Below are positions 20,021 through 30,400 of a DNA stretch of 64,000 nt, piece by piece (position 1 is the first letter of the stretch; every line of letters starts with the position of its first letter). Where the stretch lies: NCBI GenBank assembly GCA_000320545.1, contig ADNK01000550.1, positions 62,001 to 126,000 on the forward strand. The letters run 5' to 3'. The notes below the pieces were generated by a model. The model saw only the letters and a list, made by a program, of their open reading frames with translations. It searched no databases and had not been told where the DNA came from. The DNA comes from Bigelowiella natans CCMP2755. Taxonomy: Eukaryota; Protista; Cercozoa. The position numbers and the translations under genes were made by a program.

Positions 20021-20650
20021 TCATTTTGCGCATCGTGTCATTCGAATTCCTGCATTGGGGTCCAGTTTGTAGCGACGTTCGTAGCAGTTCTTACGTGTTT
20101 GTTTCTTGCAGGCATCTTCACATGGAACATAACCCATTCTACTCCAATATTTGTCAGAACCCTCCGCGGCATACAATCGTGTTTGCTTCAAAACGTCATC
20201 GTTTTCTGCGCGCGCATGGAAATAGTTGATAAGTGCAGTGCCAGCTTTGGTGCCTTTTTGACCACACACAAGATCCAAATAAATCTCATTCTTTTTAGCT
20301 ATCGGTTTTGGCTCACCATCAAGTGTGGTCATGGTTGTGTGGTCATTGAAAGTCAGAATGCCTGTCATGTTGCCAACCGCATCTCTTGCAACTAAGACCT
20401 CGTTGGCTGCATCTACTGTTCCTTTTGCAAAATTTACAAACCCATCGCGCGGTTTCCTTGCCACAATTTCACCGTTGCGTAATGTTTTAGTGTAACCATG
20501 AGGAAATGCCAAATGTCTACAGATGTGGATGTTTTCCAAAAATTCTCTTTTTATCGGTTCTTTGCACTTGTTCGTTTTGCAGTGTTGTATCGTTGTCATG
20601 ATTGCGTGTGTGACTTTGATTCTTTGAAAATTGTCAGACAGCAAACGCAT
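20021..20650 (-). CDS. GNAT acetyltransferase
   Basis: EIYLDLVCG..GTKAGTALI (motif A); LYAAEGSDKYWSRMGY (motif B). Confidence 0.75.
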   Translation of the reverse strand: MRLLSDNFQRIKVTHAIMTTIQHCKTNKCKEPIKREFLENIHICRHLAFPHGYTKTLRNGEIVARKPRDGFVNFAKGTVDAANEVLVARDAVGNMTGILTFNDHTTMTTLDGEPKPIAKKNEIYLDLVCGQKGTKAGTALINYFHARAENDDVLKQTRLYAAEGSDKYWSRMGYVPCEDACKKQTRKNCYERRYKLDPNAGIRMTRCAK

Positions 20651-20747
20651 CAATTCACATTTTTATTTTCATTTTTTGCATGACTCCACATCCTCTATTG
20701 GAAAATTCATGATTCGAGATTTTCCATCAAAATTTGAACCACAACAA

Positions 20748-20990
20748 TCATGAAGCTGCGAAGAAGAATGAGCTCATCGAGGTTGTTCCAAAAAGAGTCA
20801 ACCAGTACAAGATGTCATAAGTGGTCCATGCAAATCCCTCATCCCAATCACCCACAAGATATTTGGTCGCTAAAGATGCCAGTAGAGAAACCAAAAGTAC
20901 AGAGGACACGTTCGACTGATTTTCAAATCTAGTGAGCAGATAAGTCACAAGCACCGCGCACACAAGAGTTTGCAACACTTTTGACAACAT
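20748..20990 (-). CDS. Small membrane protein
   Basis: Hydrophobic helices around TKYLVGDWDEGFAWT. Confidence 0.65.
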   Translation of the reverse strand: MLSKVLQTLVCAVLVTYLLTRFENQSNVSSVLLVSLLASLATKYLVGDWDEGFAWTTYDILYWLTLFGTTSMSSFFFAAS

Positions 20991-21219
20991 TTGTTCAATT
21001 TTTTTAGTGATAGCGACTTTTTATTTTTCTTCTAAAAATTTATTTGAAGACAACACCGATGAAATATTTGGTACAAAATATCTCAAAATGTAGAGATTTG
21101 ACCTAAAAAACTCCACACTAAGCCATTGCGCAACATTGCGCGGCACAACGAGAATGTGACACATTGTGGTGTCATTTCTTTGAAATTTTGTCTGTCGCGG
21201 TGCAAAAATCAGAGGCATT

Positions 21220-21792
21220 GTGTCCAAAAGAAAAGTAAAATCAGAACCCAAGAGAAGCAGAACTCAAGAAAATCAAGAGAACAGTGGCCCGCCTCTTTCC
21301 CCGCCCATTGTGACAATGACCCCTCCTACTTTTAGCAAGACTCTGTCCCAGGAAAACAAGTGCATTAGGGTTAAAGCTAGGCATTTTAACAACAATCCAC
21401 ACAAAATGTATCTTGGCTTTCTCAAAGCATTTGATTACCTGGATTGCAAAAAAGGAAGCACTCTTTTCCAACAACACGAGGATCTTTGTGTGATCACAGC
21501 TGTTCTGTTTCTAGCATCTAACCCTGAACGAAAATCCACAAAAGATCCAATGTACAACTGCAAAGAAATTACCTCGGCACATAAGAGCAGCTTCTTGAAG
21601 AAACTTCTCCCCAAGAACATGATGAAGAAAGTCGACGAGTTTTTGGATTCTCATTGCATGCTCATCGCAGACACCAAAAGGCCAGACAACGACCGGAGCG
21701 CTTTGTTTGAAGATTTAGTCAAAAAACAAAAATTGCTAAGCAAAAATTACCACATGCATCTGAATTGCAAACACCAATTCACCATCAATTAA
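21220..21792 (+). CDS. Hypothetical protein (start uncertain)
   Basis: 190-codon frame beginning GTG; first ATG at ~21316. Confidence 0.55.
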   Translation: MSKRKVKSEPKRSRTQENQENSGPPLSPPIVTMTPPTFSKTLSQENKCIRVKARHFNNNPHKMYLGFLKAFDYLDCKKGSTLFQQHEDLCVITAVLFLASNPERKSTKDPMYNCKEITSAHKSSFLKKLLPKNMMKKVDEFLDSHCMLIADTKRPDNDRSALFEDLVKKQKLLSKNYHMHLNCKHQFTIN

Positions 21793-21874
21793 AAAAAAAT
21801 GTGTGACACTAAATGTTTACGCTTGAACATGGCACATCAAAAACCAAAAGCACACCAACAACTCTAAACAACAA

Positions 21875-22873
21875 ATGAGTGCACACGATGCAGCGAATCT
21901 TGAAACGTACGAAAAATACAAATTAAAAGGCAAAGCACAAAAGCATGCGATTTGCGTTAACAAATTAGCCCTTAAATTGTTTAATAAAGAACGGCATACT
22001 AACCCAACGAAAAAAATCTCAAAGTTTATGAATTCGTACAAATGCGTGGCACCAATGACAAAACAAGAATTCGCATTGAACAATTTGACATGCATGGACA
22101 AATTGATGTATGAACAAATCCACAACATGACCTTTTACGATGACAAAAAACACGTCCGAAAAGCACAAAAGGACGTGAGAAACGACAAAAAAGAAAAGGA
22201 GTACAGACGTCAAATGAAACACAAAACTGACACAAAGAACAAAATGAACCAATTGCAAAAGATGTCAGAGTATTTGAGCCGAACCACTGGTTTAAAAACC
22301 ATTGACAGTGACTCCGAAAGGTACGACGGCAAACGCATTGTTTTCAGTGACAGTGAAGACGATGAAGAGGAAAGTGACGATGACGAAGATCAGCCTATCA
22401 TGCCAAAGAAAACAAACACAAACGGAGCAAAAACAAAAAAAAAAACAACACACGACTGCAAAACTCATGGTAATGGAACACTGTTGTACAAAACAAACAG
22501 AAAAAATCCGAATGCGCCTTTCCATTTGAGATGTGATAACAACATTTGGAAAATGCATGAAGGTTATGCACGTAAAGGGAGGCCGTATCGTGCATTGTTG
22601 AACCCCACAAATGCAAAAAGTGGTTTCAAAATTGTTGCGAGACAAATGACAGTCGATGTGAACGATCTAGAGGACCATGAAAAACAAATGCTAGATGACT
22701 ATTATTTGACCGACGAAGACAAACAAATGGTAAATCAGTACTACGATAGCGAAATGCACAAAAAATGGTTGTCTGACAAAAACATGACGACGAACAAAGC
22801 TAACTCGTTTGGAAAAGGAAAAGGAAAAGGAGGCCCACCCCGTAACCGTACCGAACTACACATGATGGACTAA
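21875..22873 (+). CDS. Hypothetical K-rich protein with an acidic tract
   Basis: 332-aa ORF containing SDSEDDEEESDDDED. Confidence 0.7.
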   Translation: MSAHDAANLETYEKYKLKGKAQKHAICVNKLALKLFNKERHTNPTKKISKFMNSYKCVAPMTKQEFALNNLTCMDKLMYEQIHNMTFYDDKKHVRKAQKDVRNDKKEKEYRRQMKHKTDTKNKMNQLQKMSEYLSRTTGLKTIDSDSERYDGKRIVFSDSEDDEEESDDDEDQPIMPKKTNTNGAKTKKKTTHDCKTHGNGTLLYKTNRKNPNAPFHLRCDNNIWKMHEGYARKGRPYRALLNPTNAKSGFKIVARQMTVDVNDLEDHEKQMLDDYYLTDEDKQMVNQYYDSEMHKKWLSDKNMTTNKANSFGKGKGKGGPPRNRTELHMMD

Positions 22874-22894
22874 TTTAGATTGTTCTTATTTGGG

Positions 22895-23419
22895 TTATTT
22901 GAGCATGACACGCGTTGGCTTGCCATCTACTCCTTGCTTTTTGCTTCTTTTTTTCGTGCACATCCTTTTGATTTGCTTCTTTGTCAGTTCACGCGCTGTG
23001 ACGACAGTTGTGCCAGGCATTTTGTAGTAGGGTCTACAATATGGGTATTTTTTCAAATTTTTTACTCCCTGACCCGATCCACAGGGTTTGTAGTTCCCAG
23101 GTCCTTTGCCCTTTTCACATACATTGACCCATTTCTCTTTGAACCATCTTTTCAAATTGCTTTTTGATTTTTTCTTGTTGGGTTTGGTTTTTCTGTGTTT
23201 AGTGTTTCCATTGTGGTCGGGTTTAGTCCCTTTGCACACTTGAACCGCGTATCCGTTTGCATGCGCCGATGGATACACAGCAAATTTCATTTTAGCTGTG
23301 CAGTGTCCTTCTGGACACAAGGAAAGTCGGCCGAGCTTGCGTTTTTTCTTGGCATCATGCAAGCATTGCTTGTATGTAAGTTTCATCTTGCATTTATTTT
23401 CTGTCAGGATTGTCAACAT
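22895..23419 (-). CDS. Conserved basic NCLDV protein (DUF5872-like)
   Basis: KFAVYPSAHANGYAV, LKRWFKEKWVNVC, YPYCRP. Confidence 0.7.
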   Translation of the reverse strand: MLTILTENKCKMKLTYKQCLHDAKKKRKLGRLSLCPEGHCTAKMKFAVYPSAHANGYAVQVCKGTKPDHNGNTKHRKTKPNKKKSKSNLKRWFKEKWVNVCEKGKGPGNYKPCGSGQGVKNLKKYPYCRPYYKMPGTTVVTARELTKKQIKRMCTKKRSKKQGVDGKPTRVMLK

Positions 23420-23459
23420 GTGCACCTTCGAATGTAAGCAACAAAAAAAAATTAGGAAC

Positions 23460-23651
23460 ATGGCTGAACGTGGTCTTGAGATGTCATTGCATTCAGTGGT
23501 GATTGGAATGCTTGTGTATCTGGGCGCTGTTTATGGATTTGGTGTGTCACAACCCCGCGCAGAAAATGGAACATTGTTATTTGCAGCACTAGTCTTGATG
23601 TACATGCTGTTGTTTGGTCATGGTCTTCCAAAGTTTCCCATTGTCATTTAA
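23460..23651 (+). CDS. Small two-helix membrane protein
   Basis: MAERGLEMSLHSVVIG...AEN...YMLLFGHGLP. Confidence 0.7.
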   Translation: MAERGLEMSLHSVVIGMLVYLGAVYGFGVSQPRAENGTLLFAALVLMYMLLFGHGLPKFPIVI

Positions 23652-23761
23652 GTTAACGTCGTGTTCAACTTTTGCAACATTAAGTGTCGACATTGCACTT
23701 ACATTTTTTTGTTCAAGTGTTCCTTAGTTGTTTTTCGTTCTGCCCGAAATTCCAGACGACA

Positions 23762-24166
23762 ATGAAAGTCCTGTGTTCATGTGGATTTTGGGGAAGTTCA
23801 GAGCAGAAAGGCTTGTGCTCTGTGTGTTACAGAAAGCAATGTAGTGAATCATTGCCGATCGAAATAAAATCAAATTGGCGAATGAAACTCAAAAGCGCCA
23901 CGATAAAATTGAAGGCTTTGCATTGTTTCATGCGGGGTCTAAAACAAAAATCGCGTTTGTTCCAAAAAAACAAGAAACGATGCTTTCAGTGCAACAAAAA
24001 GGTCGGGTATCTTGGAATTGAATGTCGCTGTTTGTTTGTTTTTTGTGACAGCCACAGACTTCCTCACGCACACAATTGCAAATTCGATCGCAAAAGACGC
24101 CAGAGATCTTTGCTTACCAAAGTGAACAAAGTTGTAAAACCGTCGAAAATTGTCAAAATAGAATGA
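23762..24166 (+). CDS. A20/AN1 zinc-finger protein
   Basis: A20-like CSCGFWG..GLCSVC; AN1 RCFQCNKKVG..CRC..FCDSHRLPHAHNC. Confidence 0.9.
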   Translation: MKVLCSCGFWGSSEQKGLCSVCYRKQCSESLPIEIKSNWRMKLKSATIKLKALHCFMRGLKQKSRLFQKNKKRCFQCNKKVGYLGIECRCLFVFCDSHRLPHAHNCKFDRKRRQRSLLTKVNKVVKPSKIVKIE

Positions 24167-24187
24167 CTGCGCCCAATGCAGGTGTCA

Positions 24188-24442
24188 TTATTCGGCGGGC
24201 TTCAATTTGTTTAGATCATCATTGTGTTTCATTTTCGCTTTGTAGATTTTTAAAAGTTCCTCTTTGAGCTGCACATTTTGTTTGCACAGCAGTAACTCCT
24301 CGTATTCAGCTTTTGTTATTTCAATTGTGCACTTTTCAGAACCCACGATCATGCAATACAAGCCTTTTGTTGTTTTTCGCAGAAGCCAATACGCAGATCC
24401 AAAAAGAACATCGAGGACAATTTCAGTTGCAAAGTATAGCAT
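24188..24442 (-). CDS. Small hypothetical protein
   Basis: Hydrophobic N-terminus and short coiled coil. Confidence 0.55.
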   Translation of the reverse strand: MLYFATEIVLDVLFGSAYWLLRKTTKGLYCMIVGSEKCTIEITKAEYEELLLCKQNVQLKEELLKIYKAKMKHNDDLNKLKPAE

Positions 24443-24549
24443 GTTTAGATAGCGTTCTTGTGAGCGTCAAAAAACAATGATCAAAATTTTACACAAGCAC
24501 AAAAAAATACGATGAATTACTTAAGTGCGACCGAAAAAAAAAATCCAAC

Positions 24550-24810
24550 ATGTACGCATACATCCGCCAGGTCTTGATAGAAGCTTTTACCATTGGGGCA
24601 GTTTTCGCTGTCATCGGGAGTCTAGCCTCGAGATTCACAATGCGCTTTGGTAACAACCCGCAATTAGACATGTGGAACATTGAATGGAACTCGTACAACC
24701 AACTAGAAATTCTTTGGTTTTCTACAGCAGCTTTTTTGCATTTAGCATTTGAAGCTACCGGGCTCAACGCCTGGTACGGCAAAAATGGTGCAGCCGTGGT
24801 GTATGCATGA
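24550..24810 (+). CDS. Small membrane protein
   Basis: LIEAFTIGAV...FLHLAFEATGLNAWY. Confidence 0.7.
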   Translation: MYAYIRQVLIEAFTIGAVFAVIGSLASRFTMRFGNNPQLDMWNIEWNSYNQLEILWFSTAAFLHLAFEATGLNAWYGKNGAAVVYA

Positions 24811-25292
24811 TGTCCTTGACATTAAAAAAAAAACCAAGACCTGGCAGTCGCCAGCTCATGGAGTCTTTGGTTTCTTGGTCTTGATTGTGGTCGTCCAACC
24901 TCCTTGCGAAGGTTTCTTTTTCCTCAGAACATGTTGTTCACACATGTTTTTTTATATATTTTTAGTGTTCTGATGATGTTTTTTATTGTTAGTCTTGTGT
25001 ATTATATGTTCATATGAGCATATTTTCTGTGTGTGTGTGTGTGACTTTAGACCACTCAAGTTAGTTCACTAGCATTGGTTTGATACGTACGTAAAGTGTT
25101 ACCTTGGATGATGATTCATCAGATGCATCCTACGACTTTCTCGTTGTCCTGTTCCTGCGATCGCCCTGTAAATGCAACGAATCAGTGCAGAACCATCAGT
25201 TAATGCGTGTTTTGGTGTGTTGTTTTTAACTGGTATGGGCCCCTAGTAATTTCTCCTGTCAGTCAATTCACAATTCCAGACAATTTTGCCTG

Positions 25293-25380
25293 TGCCTTTT
25301 CAGAGAATCGAACACTGAACAGCGACGACCGCTCTCTACGCCCAAGAGTGGCACTCCCTTGAACCAATGGAACATTGATG
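25293..25380 (-). pseudogene. Degenerate tRNA-like sequence with long variable arm
   Basis: D-like TGGTTCAAGG, stem GTGCC/GGCGT with 7-nt loop, variable stem AGCG/CGCT, T-arm CAGTG-TTCGATT-CTCTG; the acceptor stem does not pair. Confidence 0.35.
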
Positions 25381-25608
25381 AGCTGTCTCACTTTCACCTA
25401 CCAACAGCCAATTGCAATTTGCAAACTCGTAGGTTGTGCAAACTTTTGAGTTCATGGAAGAATCCCAGTGGCACACATTTCCGAACGTAAAAAAAATGTG
25501 CCGCACACCTTGCAAAACATCAATGAAGTTTCGATACACATCCTCGTCAAACATCGCAAGCAAAAAGACTCGAGTCCCAACTTCGGTTGACGCAAAAACA
25601 CAAGCAGA

Positions 25609-25947
25609 ATGTTTACCCATTACAGATTTCAGGCAGATCCTAAAGAGAGTGACTGGCAGAAAACCAAGCCAATGCCTTCACTCTTGCAAGGAGGCATGCC
25701 GAAGATCAATCCAAACGCGCTACCTACATCTAGGTACGTTGGCAATCTTCTTCTACGCCCAAAGTATCAGTACCTATCTAACAACCGGCCCTTCATCGAG
25801 GTCCCGCCAAACTTTACCGTGGATGGTTCGGTAACACCCTCCAGTAAACAAACGCTCCCTGTGAATCCCCGTCTCATCGAAGCTTACAACTCAGCCGTGG
25901 AGGAAACTAAAATTCGAAAAGCAATGGGTGTCAATTACACACCATAA
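25609..25947 (+). CDS. Hypothetical Pro-rich protein
   Basis: 112-aa ATG ORF. Confidence 0.55.
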   Translation: MFTHYRFQADPKESDWQKTKPMPSLLQGGMPKINPNALPTSRYVGNLLLRPKYQYLSNNRPFIEVPPNFTVDGSVTPSSKQTLPVNPRLIEAYNSAVEETKIRKAMGVNYTP

Positions 25948-26033
25948 TTTTAGATCATGCCACAAATATGCATTTTTTTTTGTTTAGTTTGATGAACACG
26001 TGTACTGATTTGCAACACACATAAATCTACGAC

Positions 26034-26879
26034 ATGAAGTCACTGATAGAAGCTGTACAAAAAACTAACGCAAATGCATGCAAGCTGAGCTCTGAGCCAA
26101 AAATACTAAATTATGGTCCAAACGGCACAGACACCTACACTATGGAGTGCAAATTTGACAGCACAAAGAATCGTAACAAATATTACGGTGTGCTGCCGCC
26201 TCCTTGTAACAGGGAATCTTTGTTCTTTAGCATGCCAATCCTAAAAGATAAAACCATCATTGGGAACGCTGTTTGCGATTCGTCAAATCGATGGATCAAA
26301 AGAGACGGCATTTTGTTCGACACTGTCATCGACAACCAAGAGATAATAAAAAACAAATATGTTTTTGATGTTGAAAATGCCACGGAACCCGGGATGATGG
26401 GAAGTGGACTTGGGTTAGCCACTGATTACCGGAAAAGTCTTGGAGCACTTGGTGCGATTGGTGCGGCGACAATGTTGGCGCCTGGGCTTATTCCTGGAGC
26501 TATAGGTTATGGAGTTTCTGGACTTAAGAATGCCGGTTCTTATTTGTTGGGTAAAGCAGTACCAGCGGCTGCTGCCGGGGCAGCATCACAAGCTGCTGCG
26601 CCTGTCGCTACACCAGAAACCTGGGCTCAATTTGGTTCACGAAAAATGAACAATGTTTTTGACCGGCTTGCCGATGCCACAATCGCGAACAGCGTCAATC
26701 AAGGCGTCAACCAAATGATGCAACAACCACAACAAATGCAGCAACAATCAATGACGTTGCAACAACTACGACAAATGCCGCTTGAGGATGTACGAAAACT
26801 TGTGATGCAACAACCAAGAATGACGGATCAACAATTACGACAATTGTCACAAATCTTACCGATGCAGCAGCAAAATTAA
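26034..26879 (+). CDS. Four-Cys-domain protein with Gly/Ala hydrophobic segment and Q-rich tail; paralog of 60154-61041
   Basis: CK..C.D.T..NKY..P..CN..M.I..A.C....W...D in both. Confidence 0.7.
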   Translation: MKSLIEAVQKTNANACKLSSEPKILNYGPNGTDTYTMECKFDSTKNRNKYYGVLPPPCNRESLFFSMPILKDKTIIGNAVCDSSNRWIKRDGILFDTVIDNQEIIKNKYVFDVENATEPGMMGSGLGLATDYRKSLGALGAIGAATMLAPGLIPGAIGYGVSGLKNAGSYLLGKAVPAAAAGAASQAAAPVATPETWAQFGSRKMNNVFDRLADATIANSVNQGVNQMMQQPQQMQQQSMTLQQLRQMPLEDVRKLVMQQPRMTDQQLRQLSQILPMQQQN

Positions 26880-26962
26880 AGAATGCAATGAATCAAGATT
26901 TCGGATAGCACAGTGCAATGAGAAACAAACAAGAAGTGCGACCTTTTTACCACAAATGTTCT

Positions 26963-28579
26963 CTATTCATAAAATCCATCAGCATGTTCCTCGATTTGAT
27001 TCAATATGACCTGGATGAGATCGTGTAATGAGCCGTACTCGTACAAATGCACCGACTCCTCCTCCATGTTTTCACTGTTTGCTGCAAGTGCATGCATGTG
27101 TTTGCTGTGCGCGGTTTTGCCATCTGAATCCATGAGCCTGTGTTTTTGCCAGACTTTGTACACAACATTGATGTATTTGTAGATGGAGTTTTTATGAGCC
27201 GTATTTCCGATTTCTAAGAGCGCGTTGCAGACTTTCGCATTTCCCGACGACATAGAATGTATTTTGCGTACCAACGGATCCATCACGTGGTTCATGTTCT
27301 GCACATTTTCACTCTGCCTTAGTATTTGGAAGAGTGTAGAAATGTAAAACAACATGCAAAACAACGCAATTTCATTCGGGTTCAAAGCGACGGTGTCCTC
27401 GTATTTCTTTAGCATACTTTCGTACGCGGCGCCTGTCTTGCGCACTCGTATGACCTCGTTGTGCCCTACAAATGGCGCATTTTCAAGCAAACATCGAATG
27501 GGACGCCCGGTCTTGGCATCGAAGTGTACTAGTATCTGTTCGAGCGTAAATCCAAGGACCGCGACATTGTTTCCTAGCATGCGGCTACACATTGCCACTA
27601 TGTGGTCACCAAGCAATTCCATTGTTTTGCTGTTAGGCGAATCTTTTACAATGGATTTGGTGTTGCGCCACATGGTTTCTGACAAACAAGTAACATAAAC
27701 GAAACCCGCTTTCAATTTCCGATTAATGACTGCCATCTGCTCCTGTGGCAACACTCTTTGCCGCAATGTGGTTCCAGTTAGCGTGTCTTTTTCATAATGC
27801 CTTGCATTGATTTGACGAACGTCATACCGGCTTTCCACAGGATTTTGCATGGCATTTTTCCAGTCTGAATCTTGTCGATGCGACCACGCATTTTTCTTCA
27901 CAATGTTACGGGCGGTCTCCACATTCATTTTGTCAGACAGAAACTCAGGTATTATGCTCATCAACACAATTGGTGCAACTACCTGGGACGCAGCCATTTT
28001 GAGACTTAGATCTGCAAAGCTTCGTATTTTTTGGAACGTGAGGTCTTTTGGTTCCATGAGAGCACTTGACAACGTGGTGTTTGAAGCAGACGCAATCGCG
28101 CGATCCAAAACTCGCATTCTACACCTTGTTCTTGGAATGTCATAAACCGAAAACTCACCATCCATGCCACGTGACATGACCATGTTGTTTTTTGATTGGT
28201 AAATGTTGTTCATGTGCGCTATTCCAATCGATTCAATGAATGCTGTGCAGAACTCTAATGTCGTCATGTTTTTAGCAGACACAAACAGTGTGTTGATGTC
28301 GGATTCGATGAGCGATTGCATGGCATTGGATTGCGCATTCTGGAAGAATTTCATTTTGTTTATGTCGTCGTCCAAGACACTTCGAACATGTCTGTGATAA
28401 AGCCTTAAAAATTCGTTCGTATTTTTTTTCCGTTTTTCTAAGAGAATGCTTGTTTTCTGGCGTTTTCCCATGTTTGCAAACATTTTGCACTGTTTCAAGT
28501 CTGGGGTGTTTGCAGTTGATGCACTACAATCTCGGTCACAGCGCGCTTTTGATGATCGACTAAGCAACAAAAAATTCAC
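26963..28579 (-). CDS. Hypothetical protein, possible pseudokinase
   Basis: 538 aa; kinase-like segment order without catalytic residues. Confidence 0.45.
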   Translation of the reverse strand: MNFLLLSRSSKARCDRDCSASTANTPDLKQCKMFANMGKRQKTSILLEKRKKNTNEFLRLYHRHVRSVLDDDINKMKFFQNAQSNAMQSLIESDINTLFVSAKNMTTLEFCTAFIESIGIAHMNNIYQSKNNMVMSRGMDGEFSVYDIPRTRCRMRVLDRAIASASNTTLSSALMEPKDLTFQKIRSFADLSLKMAASQVVAPIVLMSIIPEFLSDKMNVETARNIVKKNAWSHRQDSDWKNAMQNPVESRYDVRQINARHYEKDTLTGTTLRQRVLPQEQMAVINRKLKAGFVYVTCLSETMWRNTKSIVKDSPNSKTMELLGDHIVAMCSRMLGNNVAVLGFTLEQILVHFDAKTGRPIRCLLENAPFVGHNEVIRVRKTGAAYESMLKKYEDTVALNPNEIALFCMLFYISTLFQILRQSENVQNMNHVMDPLVRKIHSMSSGNAKVCNALLEIGNTAHKNSIYKYINVVYKVWQKHRLMDSDGKTAHSKHMHALAANSENMEEESVHLYEYGSLHDLIQVILNQIEEHADGFYE

Positions 28580-28626
28580 ATGCAGATTTTAACTTTGTGT
28601 TCAAAAAGGGTTTTGCTTTACCCTAA

Positions 28627-29385
28627 TTACTTTTCCATGCAAATCGCAGCTCCCAGCAACAGACATGCTGCTACGACGACCATCTTTTCCGTGGTGCGTC
28701 GTTTGCACATGGAACACCTTTTTCGCCAGGTGAAATCAAAGACAGATTTGTTAATTGCAAAATGATAACATTGCTGTGGTAGAACATGTCGAATTTTTGG
28801 CAATGTCGAGCAAAGTGCCCGCATGTTTTTGGCTTTTCGAACATCTATGTTGCTCAACAACAATTTTGTGCGTGTCGATTTTGCATCGGTCTTGGTCAAT
28901 GTAGCGCAACACCATTCACTAAGCCCGTCAATGATTTGCATAATCATTTCTTTGGCTTTGTTGCTGCTTCGGTAATATTTGTTTACGTGCTTGTAGGACA
29001 GAAGGCGCTCGGCTATTTTGTTGCTTGTGAGCACAAGGCAGCTGTCCTTTGAGATGGCGTACTTGCGAATGTGTAGAAAGTGTGCACAATGAGCGCATTT
29101 GATTTGTTTGTGTTTGTCATCAAAACAAGAAGCTAGCATTGTGTGACAATCGAGGCACAAAGATTGCGTAGTTCCGCACGATTCGCATTGTGTGTGCACA
29201 CAGTTGTCTTTTAGGGTGTTGTTTGGAATGTCATCTGCTTTTGTTGAATGTAGGAATTGAACGTTCGCACCAACAAGTCTGTAATTGCACATGCTGCAGT
29301 ATGTCGGTTCGCGTCTGCTAGTTTTAGGACGTGAATTTGCTATCCGGTCCTCCTCCCCATCACTAATTTCATCGAGCATCCACAT
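28627..29385 (-). CDS. RING-like zinc-finger protein with hydrophobic C-terminus
   Basis: CSMC..CESC..SLCLDC..CAHC; start placed after the microsatellite. Confidence 0.6.
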   Translation of the reverse strand: MWMLDEISDGEEDRIANSRPKTSRREPTYCSMCNYRLVGANVQFLHSTKADDIPNNTLKDNCVHTQCESCGTTQSLCLDCHTMLASCFDDKHKQIKCAHCAHFLHIRKYAISKDSCLVLTSNKIAERLLSYKHVNKYYRSSNKAKEMIMQIIDGLSEWCCATLTKTDAKSTRTKLLLSNIDVRKAKNMRALCSTLPKIRHVLPQQCYHFAINKSVFDFTWRKRCSMCKRRTTEKMVVVAACLLLGAAICMEK

Positions 29386-29395
29386 TCTGGTGTTT

Positions 29396-29464
29396 GTGTT
29401 GTGTGCATATGTGTGTGTGTGTGTGTGTGTGTGCGTGCATGTGTGTGTGCGTGTGTGTGTTGTG
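29396..29464. repeat. Imperfect (TG)n microsatellite
   Basis: Read directly; shorter runs at ~25028-25043 and ~9615-9624. Confidence 0.95.
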
Positions 29465-29479
29465 ACGTGCATTCTGGTT

Positions 29480-30400
29480 TCAAGGGGCGCGCTCTTCCGG
29501 GTCGAAATCTGATTCAAAGGTATCCTCGACAGGCATTCTAATGACCTGTACAGCTTTGACGTTGAGGTTGTGGTAGACTTTTTTAGAGCTGTTTAGCACT
29601 TTTAACCCACTCCATTTGATCAGAACACGCACCTCCGACATGCTTTTGACGCCTTCAATGCCCTTCTCAAATGGGACTGTCTTGTAATTGCTCGATCCAG
29701 TTGATGGGTCGGTCGTTTTTGTCACTTTGGTCACATCCACCAAACATCTGTCTGGATCTTTTCTAGATCGATCAATCTTGAGTTTTAGGGTCACATAGGA
29801 ATCATCCTCTTTGCGGTCACGCATTGACGAGACGAATGTGACATTTGTTCCTTGCTTGATGAAAGCGTCGGCATTTTTCACAAACCTTTCCTCTATTTTT
29901 CGCTCAAACAAACGAAGTGTTTTATAGGTTTGGCTTTCTTTCGGGATTTTGAGCGTGATGTCAGACTTTTTCACCTCAGACGTGTTGAATTTGTCATCTT
30001 CATTGAATCCGAACGTTTCCAATGCCCCGAGAGTTTCGATCTGCAAGCTTGAGGCAGTCTCATCCGAACATCCCATTTTCCACAATCTCGGATTAAAGTA
30101 ATAGCACTGCCCAAATGGGGAAGGAGAACTAAAATTTAAATCGAATTCTGACACTCTCATCAGCTGCGACTGTCCTCCTCGTTCACCATCAATTGCTTTT
30201 GGTTTGAACAACTTGAACATAGGAAGCCCGACATAATTGTTCTCAACAAAGTGTGTACGAATGTCGTTGTTGTCGGTCGGATTGCTAAATCGCACCTTCT
30301 TCAATACACTTGGATCTAGCTTTGTGTTTCCGGGGTCCATCGCATCGAGCCCTCTCTTGTTAGTGTTCGTGTCAGCTGGTTTACGCATGGTTTCCATCAT
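29480..30400 (-). CDS. Putative OB-fold ssDNA-binding protein (DUF2738-like)
   Basis: LQIET..FGF, TLRLFERKI, TLKLKI, EVRVLIKWSGL..VKAVQV, acidic tail. Confidence 0.55.
   Translation of the reverse strand: MMETMRKPADTNTNKRGLDAMDPGNTKLDPSVLKKVRFSNPTDNNDIRTHFVENNYVGLPMFKLFKPKAIDGERGGQSQLMRVSEFDLNFSSPSPFGQCYYFNPRLWKMGCSDETASSLQIETLGALETFGFNEDDKFNTSEVKKSDITLKIPKESQTYKTLRLFERKIEERFVKNADAFIKQGTNVTFVSSMRDRKEDDSYVTLKLKIDRSRKDPDRCLVDVTKVTKTTDPSTGSSNYKTVPFEKGIEGVKSMSEVRVLIKWSGLKVLNSSKKVYHNLNVKAVQVIRMPVEDTFESDFDPEERAP

Noticed and set aside
29386-29517. THTHTH N-terminal extension of the RING-like ORF
   Set aside because: Translation of the (CA)n microsatellite; also overlaps the upstream gene.
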